Translations under genes and position numbers: made by a program | Notes under the pieces: generated by a model | What the model saw: the letters and a program-made list of their open reading frames with translations, nothing else | Told to the model about the DNA's origin: nothing | Database searches by the model: none | Shown here: positions 35,855 through 47,468 of the stretch, in pieces | How positions within the stretch are numbered: the stretch's first letter is position 1 | Layout: every line of letters starts with the position of its first letter | Source: Chara braunii | Taxonomy: Eukaryota; Plantae; Charophyceae | Direction: 5' to 3' | Assembly: GCA_003427395.1 (NCBI GenBank) | Contig: BFEA01000006.1 | Span: 2,631,420 to 2,683,223, forward strand | DNA length: 51,804 bases

Positions 35855-37362
35855 CACAGCCCCTCGTTTGTTGTCCTCTTCTCCCTCTCTGCCTACGGTT
35901 TACCGGGCAGTTCTATTTGACGATATATATAAATATATATATTGGTTATTTTAAACAGTTCAGTGTCACTAAGCATTGTACTAAGTTGGACAAGATAGTC
36001 ACATGCCCAAGGAAGAGAAAAGTTGTAGTGCCTTGTGTTTGTGTATATTAACTGGGTGAGTTTGACAATTATTCATAAGTTGGATGATTTAGCTTTACAC
36101 CTTATGTAAGTTGGGTATAAGGGATAAATTATTGAAAGACTATGAACTATTGTTTGACAAGGTTTAACCTTGGGGTTTGTGAGATTACTTATCAATGTGG
36201 TTTGAACGTGCATGTGGCCTAGTGAGATCTTTACTTAGTCTAATTTTCAGTTTGATAGGTAATTGCTTTAGTTCCTCGTCACATGTTAGGGCTATAGGAG
36301 TTAATTCAATTCTTGTATTTTCTTAGCTAACTTTGTTTTTTTACTTAGGTCAATTCTCGCATTTTCTGGGATCATTTGTTATATTTGACTTTGTATAAAT
36401 CTTAGAAACGTACTTCTCCTACGGGAAACGCTGTCGAAAGTTTTACAAAACCAAGGGGTCAGTCAAATCTGACTTTCAAAGTTCAACTTTTTGTTTAAGT
36501 TTTATATCTCAGTTAGTAAAAATATGAAAAACCTTCTTTTCTAGGGGAGGTGCTGCCCAAATGTTTTCTAATTTATAGAGTTAGACAAAATTTATCTTTG
36601 AAAAATAAAGATTATTTCAGACCATATACTTAGCTTTGCGTAAATTTTTGAAAGTTACTCTCTCTAGGGGAAGTGCTGCCATTTTTTTTTTAAGGTTAAA
36701 GGAGTTGGATTATATTTTGAGAGGTGATGAATCTGACGATTCACCCTGCATAGGGGAGATACTGCCATAGGTTTACATTTTTCTTCCGTACTTACTCAGA
36801 GGTAGACTTAGGCTTAGTTATTAGAAGATTTTGAATGAGAATATACTATGGAGGTTCATTTCTCGTGCAGTGATAGTCTAGTCTTGGTGTTTGACCTATC
36901 TTGTGCTACAGATCCTTATTGATCGGTTCGATTCAGGATTTGGACTAGATTCAGGTTGATCCCACGAGGATCATCTTTTGTTATCATTGATAACAGGTCG
37001 GTTGCCAATTCGTCGATTTATGACTCAACTCCAGTCCACTCTTGTCACTCAACCTAAAGATTTGAACCCTGTGGTTTGATTTGTTTCTTTGGGTTTTCAC
37101 CCGGACTTTGTTGAATGACCATTCAATAATGATACTGAGTGTTTCATTTTGGGGTTGGTGCAAAAAGGGTGAGGGTTGTATGGCTAAAACAAGGGGTATG
37201 AGCGCATAGAATGGTTGAAGTCAACCCAGTGCGTTAAATTTTGGTGGAATCTTTGATGTGATTGCAAGTACGTTTGTGGTTCGGACTCTAGATTTGACTG
37301 CAGGCGATCACACACGTATATATCGCTGAAGGAAGTCCCACTGTGATTGTGAGAAGTGATTG

Positions 37363-37363
<1 letters not shown>

Positions 37364-37430
<67 letters not shown>
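37364..37430. repeat. (TA)n(TG)n microsatellite
   Basis: Seen directly. Confidence 0.95.
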
Positions 37431-37432
<2 letters not shown>

Positions 37433-38660
37433 CTTGAGAAAAAAGGGGGACCCCCTTTTTCTTTTTCTTTCCTATAATTATTATAGTTGCACGTTGAAGT
37501 CCGTGGCAACAGTCAAAGTTAACCCCTTGATTTCTCTCTAGACCCTGGACGATGGAGTGTTCCTCTAAGGCAACGAGAGCTGACTGCCACCACAAACCGG
37601 AACCCGTGTACCACCCTCTCTCCGCAGGGTGCAGAAGAGGGTGTGGTCCTCAACCGCACTTGGCAGTTGTCTAGCGTTGCGAGATTAACCCCTCAAGGCA
37701 CATGTCAGCCGACAGTTGCGAGTCGAAACCGACCCTCAAGACCATCGAGGAGTACATGATTATGGATACTACATACTACACCATCATTGGGACTGCTTGC
37801 GTAGGCATGCATTGCAAGTGGATATGAGGAAGGTCTAGCGTCCGCGCGATTTTATTTCAAGTCTCGCGTGCGATGCCTAACCGATTTCTGTGTCAAAAGG
37901 TTATGGGTTGGATACTGAAGGGACTAGGAGTGTTTTGTCTTGTTGGAGTGTGTTTTTAATTTTAGATTTTCAAGCGTGGTGTAACGCGTGGTGAGTGGGA
38001 TGCGTCCTAGTCGACCGACGACGAGTCGAACTTGGGACTTCAACCCCCCAATGCGTCGGTTCCCGTGCGGGTCCAATAGAGGTGTGGGACCACACATACC
38101 GCCTATGCTACAGCGTACGAGAAACACCATCGGTTGGTCCACCTCTGCAATTGCAACTTATTAGGTTTCGTATTATGGACTGGTAGCTTGGCGGGGATAT
38201 GCCCACCGAAGGGAGGTGACAACTCCCACAAAGTGGAGGTAAGTTGTACCTCGTGTAGTCCATATCATGTTGTAGAGGCTCGCGAGAGGTATGGCTAGCG
38301 CACTCGGTCGGAGCGGCTACGGAAGCTCCGTTTACATCGCTAACCAAATCCCCCATGAAGCGGCCAGGAAGGTCGCCCGCTGCGTGACTGATACGGTTGA
38401 CAATGCTTCCGCGAGCACTCGTCTGGCGGATAGCGGCCTAGCAAGACGTACAAGACTGCGTGAACGTGATCGTTGTTCGGATGAAGCCCGGCTCGCCTTC
38501 GTTCATACACTCTGCCTACAGTGCCTATTGCCTTTACGAGCGCATTGCGAGCACTTTCATCTCCTTTGGTTGGCCGTTTTTTTAGTCGGCACGTGTGTCT
38601 CCCTGAGTCTCCAAGACCCCACTGTATTCTTGGACCACACTCTTCGACGTATACCCCTCC

Positions 38661-38997
38661 AATGTCGATGGCGCCCATGCACCTGCTTGTAAGTCGTCCA
38701 GTCCCGCTCCCGAGCTCTCGAGCTCTCCCTCCTCTTTCTCTTTCTCGCTCTCTCTTTTTCTCCCCACTTCCGCTTCTTCGACTCAATAAGGAACTCTGCC
38801 TCTTCTTCAACCTCTTTCTCGGTCCTTCCTACTCTTCGTCGTCGGCTCGATCGCAAGCTCCATCGATCGCTCTGAGTGAACGCTCCCACCTTCGTCAGTC
38901 TCGCGCGCTGCGACGTATGCCCCTTTAACGTCGATGGTGCCCACGCACCTGTTCGTAAGTCGGCCAGTCCCGCTCCCGAGCACTCGAGCTCTTCCTG

Positions 38998-39069
<72 letters not shown>

Positions 39070-39070
39070 N

Positions 39071-39108
<38 letters not shown>

Positions 39109-39245
39109 CTTCCACTTCTTCGGCTCGATAATGAACTCCCCCTCTTCTTCACCCTTTCTCTCGCTCCTTCCTACTCTTTGTCGTCAGCTCAACAACAAGA
39201 TCCGTTGATCGCTCCGAGCGAACGCTCCCACCTTCGTCATTCTCA
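38661..39245 (+). repeat. Diverged two-copy tandem duplication (~260-320 bp) with an expanded (CT)n in copy 2
   Basis: GTCGATGG.GCCCA.GCACCTG..GTAAGTCG.CCAGTCCCGCTCCCGAGC occurs at ~38664 and ~38930. GAACGCTCCCACCTTCGTCA occurs at ~38878 and ~39220. Confidence 0.85.
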
Positions 39246-39454
39246 CGTGCTCCCTTTCCCCTCTTCCCCTCCGTCTCTCTCTATCTTCCTCCCGGCTCGT
39301 CAATTCGGGCATATGATCTAACGAACGAACACCGTCACGCGCTGCCTGCTGCACGTACACTTTGCGCTCGATCCTTTGTACACCCCCGAACACTCCCCCT
39401 TACTATCGCCCCACATTTCTTTTATACTACTTTCTCTCCTCTCCTGTCCCCAGT

Positions 39455-42400
39455 TTTCGTCTTTGGGAACTTCGCTGATGTTTTTTGTCCTTCACCCACG
39501 GATCCTCCCCAAGGTTTCGTCGAAGATTACCCTCATTTTTCTTCATTTGTTTCTTTGGGAATGTAATTATTTTTAGGGTCTTCAACCTCTTAACCTTCCC
39601 TAAGCCTTCGCCGAAGGTGACACTTATTTGTGTTCTTTTTATTTTTTGGGAACTTAGCGATTTTTTTTTGTCCTTCACCTACTAACCCTCCCCAAGACTA
39701 CGCCGAAGATCACTCTTATTTTTCTTTCTTTTCTTCTTCGGGAACTTAGCCATTTTTATGGTTCTCGTCCTCTTAACCCTTTCAAAGGCTTCGCCGAAGA
39801 TCACCCTTATTTTTATTTTTTTTTCTTCCTTGGGAACTTAGCCGTTTTCAGGGTTCTCGTCCTCTTAACCCTCCCCAAGGCTTCACCGAAGATTACACTT
39901 ATTTTTTTTCTTTTTCTTTTTTAGGAACTTGGCTGTTTGTAAGGTTTTCGTTCTCTTAAACCTCCCGAGGCTTCGCCGAAGTTTACACTTATTTTTCTTC
40001 GTTTTCTTCTTTGGGAACTTAGCTGTTTTCAGGGTTTTCGTCCTACTAACCGTCCTGAAGGCGTCACCAAAAAGTATACCTATTTTTATTTTTTTTCTTC
40101 TTTGGGAACTTGGCCGTTTTTAGGTTCCCCGTCCTACAAACCCTCCCCAAGGCTTCGCTGAAGAATACAAGAATTTGTCTTATTTTTCTTCTTAAGACGC
40201 TTAACTGATTTTAGGGTTCTCGTCCTACTAACCCTCCCTGGGCTTCGCCGAAGACCACACTAATTTTTTTATTTTTCGTTTTTGAGAACTTAATAGTTTT
40301 TTTCGTACTTCATTCATTAGCCCTCCGAAAAGCTTCGTCGAAGATTACACTTATTCTTCATTTTCATCTTCTTTGGGAACTTGGTCGTTCATTATGGTGT
40401 TTCATATAATAACCCTTTCGAAGGCGTCGCCGAAGATTACACATATATATTTTTTTTCTTCTTTGGGACTTTGCCGTTTTTTTTTTACTTCACCTACTAA
40501 CCCTTCCCAAAGCTTCGCCAAATATTACACTTATTTTTCTTATTTTACTTCTTCGAGAAGTTAGCCGGTTTTAGAGTCTCCGTCCTCTGAACCCTCCCTA
40601 AGGCTTCGTCGAAGATTACACTTATGTTTCCTCTTTGGGAAGTTGGCCGTGTTTTTTTGTCTCTTTCGTACTAACCCTCCTTAAGGCTTCGTTGAAGATT
40701 ACTCTTATTTTTCTTCGTTTTTTTTCTTTGGGAACTTAGTCATTGTTTTTCCCTTCACCCACTAACCTTCCCCAAGGCTTCACCAAATATTACACTTTTT
40801 TTTTTTTTTTAATTCCTTTCGCAACTTGGCCGTTTTTTTAGGTACTTCACTCGCTGACCCTCCCTAAGGCTTCGTCGAAGATTACACTTATTTTTCTTTT
40901 TTTTCTTCTTTTGGAACCCAGCCCTTTTTAGGGTCATCGTCCTCTTGACCTTCCCCAAAGCTTCACCAAAGAGTACATTGTTTTTGTTATTTTTCTTCTT
41001 TCAAAACTTAACCGTTTTTAGGGTCCTCGTCATCTTAACCCTCCTCAAAACTTCGTCGAAGATCACACTTATTTTTTCTTTTTCAAGAACTTAGCGGTTT
41101 TTAGGATCCTCGTCCTCTTAACACTCTCCAAGACTTCGTCGAAGATGACACTTATTTTTCTTTTTTTCTTCTTTGGAAACTTAACCGTTCTTAGGATCCT
41201 CACACTCTTAACCCTCTCAAAGGTTTCGCCGAAAATTACACATATTTTTCTTCTTTTTCTTATTTGGGAACTTGGTCATTTTTTAAGTCATCGTCCTCAT
41301 AACCCTCCCCAAGGCTTTACCGAAGATTATACTGATTTTTGTTCTTTTTCTTTTTGGGGAACTTAGTCGTTTCAAGGGTCCTCATCCTATTAACCCTCCC
41401 CTAGCTTTCGTCGAAGATTACATTTATTTTTTTTCTTTGGGAATTTTACCGTTTTTAGGGTCCTCCCCAAGGTTCCTATGAAGATTACACTGATTTTTCT
41501 ATTTTTGTTTTTTTGGCAGCTTCATCGTTTTTAGGTTCCTCGTTTTATAACCTCTCCAAGGTTTAGCAAAAAATTACGTTTTTTTTTTTTTTTTTTTTTT
41601 TTTTTTGAGAACTTATCCGGTTTTAAAGTCCTCGTCCGCTTAACCTTCCCCAAGCCTTCGACCAAGATTACACTTATTTTTTATTATTTTTTTTCTTTGG
41701 AAACTTGACTGTTTTTTTTTTTGTATTTTATCAACTAACCTTCCCTAAGGTTTCATCGAAGATTACCCTTATTTTTATTTTTTGTGTTCTTTGGGAACTT
41801 AGTTGTTTCTATGGTCCTCGTCCTCTTCACCCTTTGCTTCGCCGAAGATTACATTTGTCTTTCTTCGTTTTCATCTTTGGGAACTTCGCTATTGTTTTTT
41901 GTCCTTCACCTACGGACCCTCCCTAAGGTTTCGTCGAAGATTACCCTTATTTTTATTCATTTTTTCTTTGGGAACGTAGTTATTTTTAGGGTCCTTAAGC
42001 TTTTCACATTCCCTAAGCCTTCGCCGAAGGTGACACTTATTTGTGTTATTTTTATTTTTTGGGAACTTAGGGATTTTTTTTCGTCCTTCACATATTAACC
42101 CTCCCCAAGACTACGCTGAAGATTACACTTTTTTTTCTTTCTTTTCTTCTTCGGAAACTTAGCCATTTTTACGGTCCTCGTCCTCTTAACCCTCTCAAAA
42201 TTTTCGCCGAAGATCACACTTTTTTTTTTTTTTTTTCTTAGGAACTTGGTCGTTTTCAAGGTTCTCGTCCTTTTAACCCTCCCCAAGGCTTCACCGAATA
42301 TTACATTTATTTTCTTTTCTTTTTCTTTTTTAGGAAGTTAGTCGTTTGTAGGGTTCTCGTCCTCTCAACCCTCCAAAGGCTTCGTCGAAGTTTACACTTA

Positions 42401-43590
42401 TTTTTCTTATTTTTCTTCTTTGGAAACTTAGTCGTTTTCAAGATCCTCGTCCTACTAACCGTCCTGAAGACGTTACCGAAGAGTACATTTATTTTTCTTT
42501 TTTTTCTTCTTTGGGAACTCGACCGTTTTTAGGGTCCTCGTCCTACAAACCCTCCCCAAGGCTTCGCCGAAGATTACACTAATTTGTCTGTTTTTTTTCC
42601 TTAAGGAGCTTAGTCGTTTTTAGGGTTCTCGTCCTACATACCCTCCTTGGGCTTTGCCGAATACCACATTAATTTTTCTATTTTTCCTTTTTGAGAACTT
42701 AATCGTTTTTTTCATACTTCTTCATTAGCCATCCTGAAGGCTTCACCGAAGATTACACTTGTTCTTCATTTTTATCTTCTTTGGGAACTTGGTCGTTTAT
42801 TATGATGTTCCACATAATAACCCTGTCGAAGGCTTCGCCGAAGATTACACCTGTTTTTTTTTTTTCTTCTTTGGAAACTTTGCCGTTTTTTTTGTATTTC
42901 ACCTACTAACTCTTCCCAAAGCTTCGCCAAAGATTACATTTATTTTTCTTATTTTTCTTCTTCGAGAACTTCACCATTTTTAGAGTCTCCGTCCTCTTAA
43001 CCCTCCCTAAGGCTTCGTCGAAGATTACACTTATTTTTCTTCTTTGGGAACTTAGCCGTGTTTTCTGGTCCCTTTAGTACTTACCCGCCTCAAGGCTTCG
43101 TTGAAGATTACTCCTATTTTTTTTCTTTTTCTTCTTTGGGAACTTAGCCCTTTTTTTTCCCTTCACCTAATAACCTTCCCCACGGCTTCACCAAATATTA
43201 CATTTTTTTTTTTTTTTTTTGAAACTTTGTCGTTTTTTTAGGTACTTCACTCGCCGACCCTCCCTAAGGTTTCACCGAAGATTACACTTATTTTCTTTTT
43301 TTTCTTCTTCGGGAACCTAGTCGTTTTTTTAGGGTCATCGTTCTCTTGACTCTCCCCAAAGAGTACATTTTTTTTGTTATTTTTCTTCTTTCAAAACTTA
43401 ACCGTTTTTAGGGTCATCGTCCTCTTAACGCTCCTCAAGACTTCGTCGAAGATCATACTTATTTTTTCTTTTTTAAGAACTTAGCGGTTTTTAGGGTCTT
43501 CGTCCTCTTAACCCTCCCCAAGGCTTCGTCGAAGATAATACTTATTTTTTTCTTTTTTTCTTTTTTGGGAACTTAACCGTTTTTAGGGTT
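39455..43590. repeat. ~80-bp satellite array (~50 units) with a ~2.41-kb higher-order repeat
   Basis: Consensus TTCTTTGGGAACTTAGCCGTTTTTAGGGTCCTCGTCCTCTTAACCCTCCCCAAGGCTTCGCCGAAGATTACACTTATTTT. The variant GAAGGTGACAC recurs at 39613 and 42026. Confidence 0.95.
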
Positions 43591-44051
43591 AACAAAGAAA
43601 GATACTGACAGCATAAGTTTGATACCACTACTACCAACCTCTCTATAAGGTCACCACTAGTCATAACACAGTTGAAGATTATGCATGACGTAGCCATGCT
43701 ACGTAACAAACCCAAATTAATACAACCACTAACGCTTCTGCGAAATTAACCAAATAACACATAAAAAAAGTACCGATCAGATTACAAACTACAGAAGCAC
43801 GCCAACAATATTCTCTTGTTTCTTTTCCTTAACCTTGTTTAAGAAAAACTACCCAAGTCAACCTCCTACCAGCCGGAAGCTTAAACGTAAAAAACTAATC
43901 CTGTATAATAATTAAGGACTTCTATGCAACGAGGCAACTGTAAATCACTAACCCATGGAACAAAGCTTAAGACTGTGCCAGCAAAATATACATCCATGCA
44001 ACTAACTCCGGATGCATACCGAAACATGTGTAGGATGAAGATAGCATCCTC

Positions 44052-46676
44052 ATGGGCGCCCACCCGGAACTTGCTGCTGCCATCAAACCATTTTCAGCGC
44101 TACGGCCGCCCATCGTGCATTGCCAGATCGCCATGCTTGCGATCCCTGCAGATGTCTTACTTCAGGTATATGAGGCTATGCAGGGACGGACCCCATTCTT
44201 GATCAAAAATCTCTCCTTTAGCGATTGGGCAGCACTAGTCTACATCATGCAGAACGAACCGCAAGAACTGGATGACAAAATCCAGGATTTCGCAAGCAAC
44301 ATTGTTGAGGCTTGCAGGAAGGCAGCTATCGAGAACAGAGAACTGAACCTTATCATAGCCAAGGCTGAGAAGATCATTCTCGAGCTCCATGGATATGATA
44401 CTGCGCACCTTGATTCTGCAGGACAGGTTTCCATCACCGAGAGAACTGAAACTTTCAGCGAGGCATACATCAATCGAATGTCGCTCTCACAAGTCGAATT
44501 GGAGTACTTCAAGATGAAGGAGGCCGAACGGAGAAACAATGCATACACTGAAATTACTACACTCACAAGAGACGTTGGACACAAGTTCGCAAAGAATAGC
44601 TCATTCTTACCGCTGGCATCCAGCACATGGACAAAGAAAGTTGTGCAGTGCGTCCACAACCGACTATGGAAGCTCAACACCTTCAACTATACAGCACCAA
44701 TCAGCGTCGAGGCATATATGGCACTTGTCGGAATCACCGACGCAGAAGTAGATGACTGTCGAACTGCTGCTAGGAACGGTACCATCTACTTTCCAGCGAC
44801 TAGAGGTGAGCTAGACGCGGACTTCCCCCCGATCGCCCAACTCGAGAAGGGGAAATGCCCGAAGAGACCACTCCTCCACCAAAAGGGCATCCCGAAGTTT
44901 TCCGCGGACCTGTTTGAACTCAAAAAACTCTGGAACGCAGGGAGACCTTATTTGAAGTGCAAGTGCCCCGGATGGGAGAAAAACTTTACACGGTTCGACC
45001 ACATGATCTGGTACGTCATCGGAAACCTGGATAAGATTAATCCTCAGGCACCTTGAGACAAGATCAGGATGCTTGAATTCCAAGCACTCATGCACACGAT
45101 ATGGAACAAGCCAATACTAGCACAGATCTCCTTCATCTTCATGAAAGAGTACATGATCAAGATCGTGAACCTCCTCACACAGAATAGAAGAATCTCTGCA
45201 GAAGAAATGATGGAATACGAAGACTTGATAAACATACCATTCGTGCACAAGTTCACTGCTTCACTGCTGCCAAACGTTGAAGGACTCCTGCCGCAATCAG
45301 CAAACAAGAGGCACCTCCCGGACGTTGAAGATAACTCACTGAAAAGATGCAGACAGATGAGGCTTGGCAGTACGCCAACCTCTGGTCTGTCACTCACCAC
45401 ACTGGCCCGAACGCCCGCCACCACACCAACGCAGCGGACGCACACAGGTAGTATACAAACGGGACCCAACGGCACCACATCATGCAATGCGCCAACAGCC
45501 AGCAACACGCATAGCCAAGCAAATCGCACGCCAACCCCTGTCACAACCAACAGAAATGAAACGGCTTCACCAGCTGCACAACAACACATCCACAATAGGA
45601 CGCCCCAGCCACACACAGCGACAGGCACAGCAACCCATAACGCAATACCCGCACACCTCAGCACTCCGACAAACACAAACACGTGCACAACTCACAACAC
45701 TAATGCCAACACAACACCTAACTTGAATTGCAACACAGTACTCGCACCCCAAGGCCATACCCCAGTAACTGACGCATGCACTTCGAACAGACCAGTAATA
45801 GAAAGCTTTGCTAATACACAACTAAGAGGAAACGCCTTCGCCATTGCTGCCGCACAACTCGCAACACGATAGACCAACACAACCCCCATCGGCAACACCC
45901 CCCTCGAAAACAACCCACCTGCACCACGGACGACACACATCAACACTAACACCGATCTCAGGTCCACGATGTCTCCACCCACACACCTAACCTTCAACGC
46001 GAACGCCCGCACAGCCACAACATGCACAGAAAGTAAAAAACGGGCTCGGAGGCGAGAGCAGCTTCTCAGCATCGCCATGGACCCTCTTTCGGCACAAGTC
46101 AAAGCTAGCCGCAGAAGAGGTAACAAAACACGTAGACTTCAGTCTCTTCAGGAAGAAGTACAGACCAGAAGACAGACAAGGAGGGAGGCGGCACAATATG
46201 ATGGACGACAGCCAGACATACATGATGCCTTCTTGGCACAACGACAAAGGCAGGCGATCGCTGCGACCCACCAACAGACATAGTTGCAAGACGTTTCTGG
46301 AACAATGACCGTCCAAGCGCAGACAAGCCAACCTATGCAGCCAAGAGGTGATCAGGAATGGGGGCCATATGCTGACCAGATCCTTAGGCAATGGACGCCG
46401 AGAGACACCGCTGTTGAAATGCCCTCCTCAGAACATCATGTCGCCACAGATCTAGAGGTTATCCAAGTCAGCAACAGCGACAGCGATGACGGAGACAGAA
46501 GAGAACTCCCCATCAGAATCTGCTCACCATCACTAGGCACACCGATTCGTCCAGTCTCTGCCATCGATGCCCTAAGGATGAACTACAGGGCCAGCAACGC
46601 AGATTCTTCACTGCTCCAAACGAACAGTGAAAATACGGCACTCGTGAGCGACTCACAGACCTCGGAGAAATCCTAG
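44052..46676 (+). pseudogene. Unknown ~875-codon ORF (helical N-terminal half with CxC motif, Thr/Pro-rich linker, basic then acidic tail); candidate ORF1 of the Penelope-like element
   Basis: ORFs starting 44052, 45069, 45969 and 46284 share one frame and are separated by three single stops. Confidence 0.65.
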
Positions 46677-47468
46677 AAGCGTGTTTGTCGGAGACTCGGC
46701 CCGAACTATCAGTACAACATTCCTAGTATCACTAGAGGCTAGTACGATAGGAAGCCGCAGCAGATTGCAGAACGCGGACTATAGGTCAAAATGACAGGAG
46801 CAGGGTAGACTACAGATATGTAGGCTTACAGAACAAGCTCCAACTTATTTTTGGCAGTAGACCGTTTGCTTAAATAAATAGTTACGATGGTGTATTAGGC
46901 TAGAACCGGTTGGGAATGCCGGCTTTTAATAACTTTTTGATAAAATGCGACACGCCGCACAGGTCGAGTCCACGAGCTCATAAGTTTTTTTGATAACCTG
47001 CTACCCGCTGGAAAATTGTGATTAAGTTTTTTTAAATGCATGCTGCCCGCTCCATTGCATCCTGAATAAAAGGCCGATTGATTTAATTAAAAACGTGTTA
47101 TTATTATTGAAAAATGGTTGTGCATGCTAGCTTCTTAATTCTTCGATAACTTGCCACGCACTTCAACTACATACCCCAAATTTATAACGTCCTTCCTCTC
47201 CCCATACCAGAATGCATCGTAAAAATCATCCCGATGATTCCCCCAATCATACAAACCAAGCATAAACTGCTACAAATAAGTCGAATCACTGAGTTAAGTA
47301 AACCTTTAAGCAACCCACTACATCGTAACCCCCAACTTGTTAAAAGAACGCCTACGAATACACCGTGAACAGAGGCTCCCGCTACTTCATAAACTTGACA
47401 TCTGAAAATAGACTATAAGACACGGTTAGACTATCACATCTGCGCAAAAAACACCCTCTGAAATAATC

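Larger units (their letters stand above)
35277..35929 (+). mobile_element. Retrozyme-like non-autonomous element (230-bp direct repeats, 423-nt period)
   Basis: 35277-35506 and 35700-35929 appear identical and each holds a hammerhead. The element is inserted at an AT-rich site of the host LTR and ends in (TA)n. Confidence 0.85.
33250..38388 (+). mobile_element. LTR (3' or solo) of a related gypsy family
   Basis: Shares CGATTGCGGGAGCTCTGCC (34379), GAGGTAAGTTGTACCTCGTG (~38236) and GAGAGGTAT with the element 1 LTR, in the same order. Ends ...CTGCGTGAC with no PBS. Left boundary is uncertain. Confidence 0.65.

Noticed and set aside
24397-36090. LTR hairpin arrays as CRISPR arrays
   Set aside because: Repeats are degenerate, spacing is irregular, no cas genes are present, and the context is a eukaryotic LTR.
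39455-43590. Minus-strand 27-aa repeat protein (KISVIFGEALGRVKRTRTLKTAKFPKK)
   Set aside because: Poly-T length variation breaks the frame in most units, and no long ORF exists.
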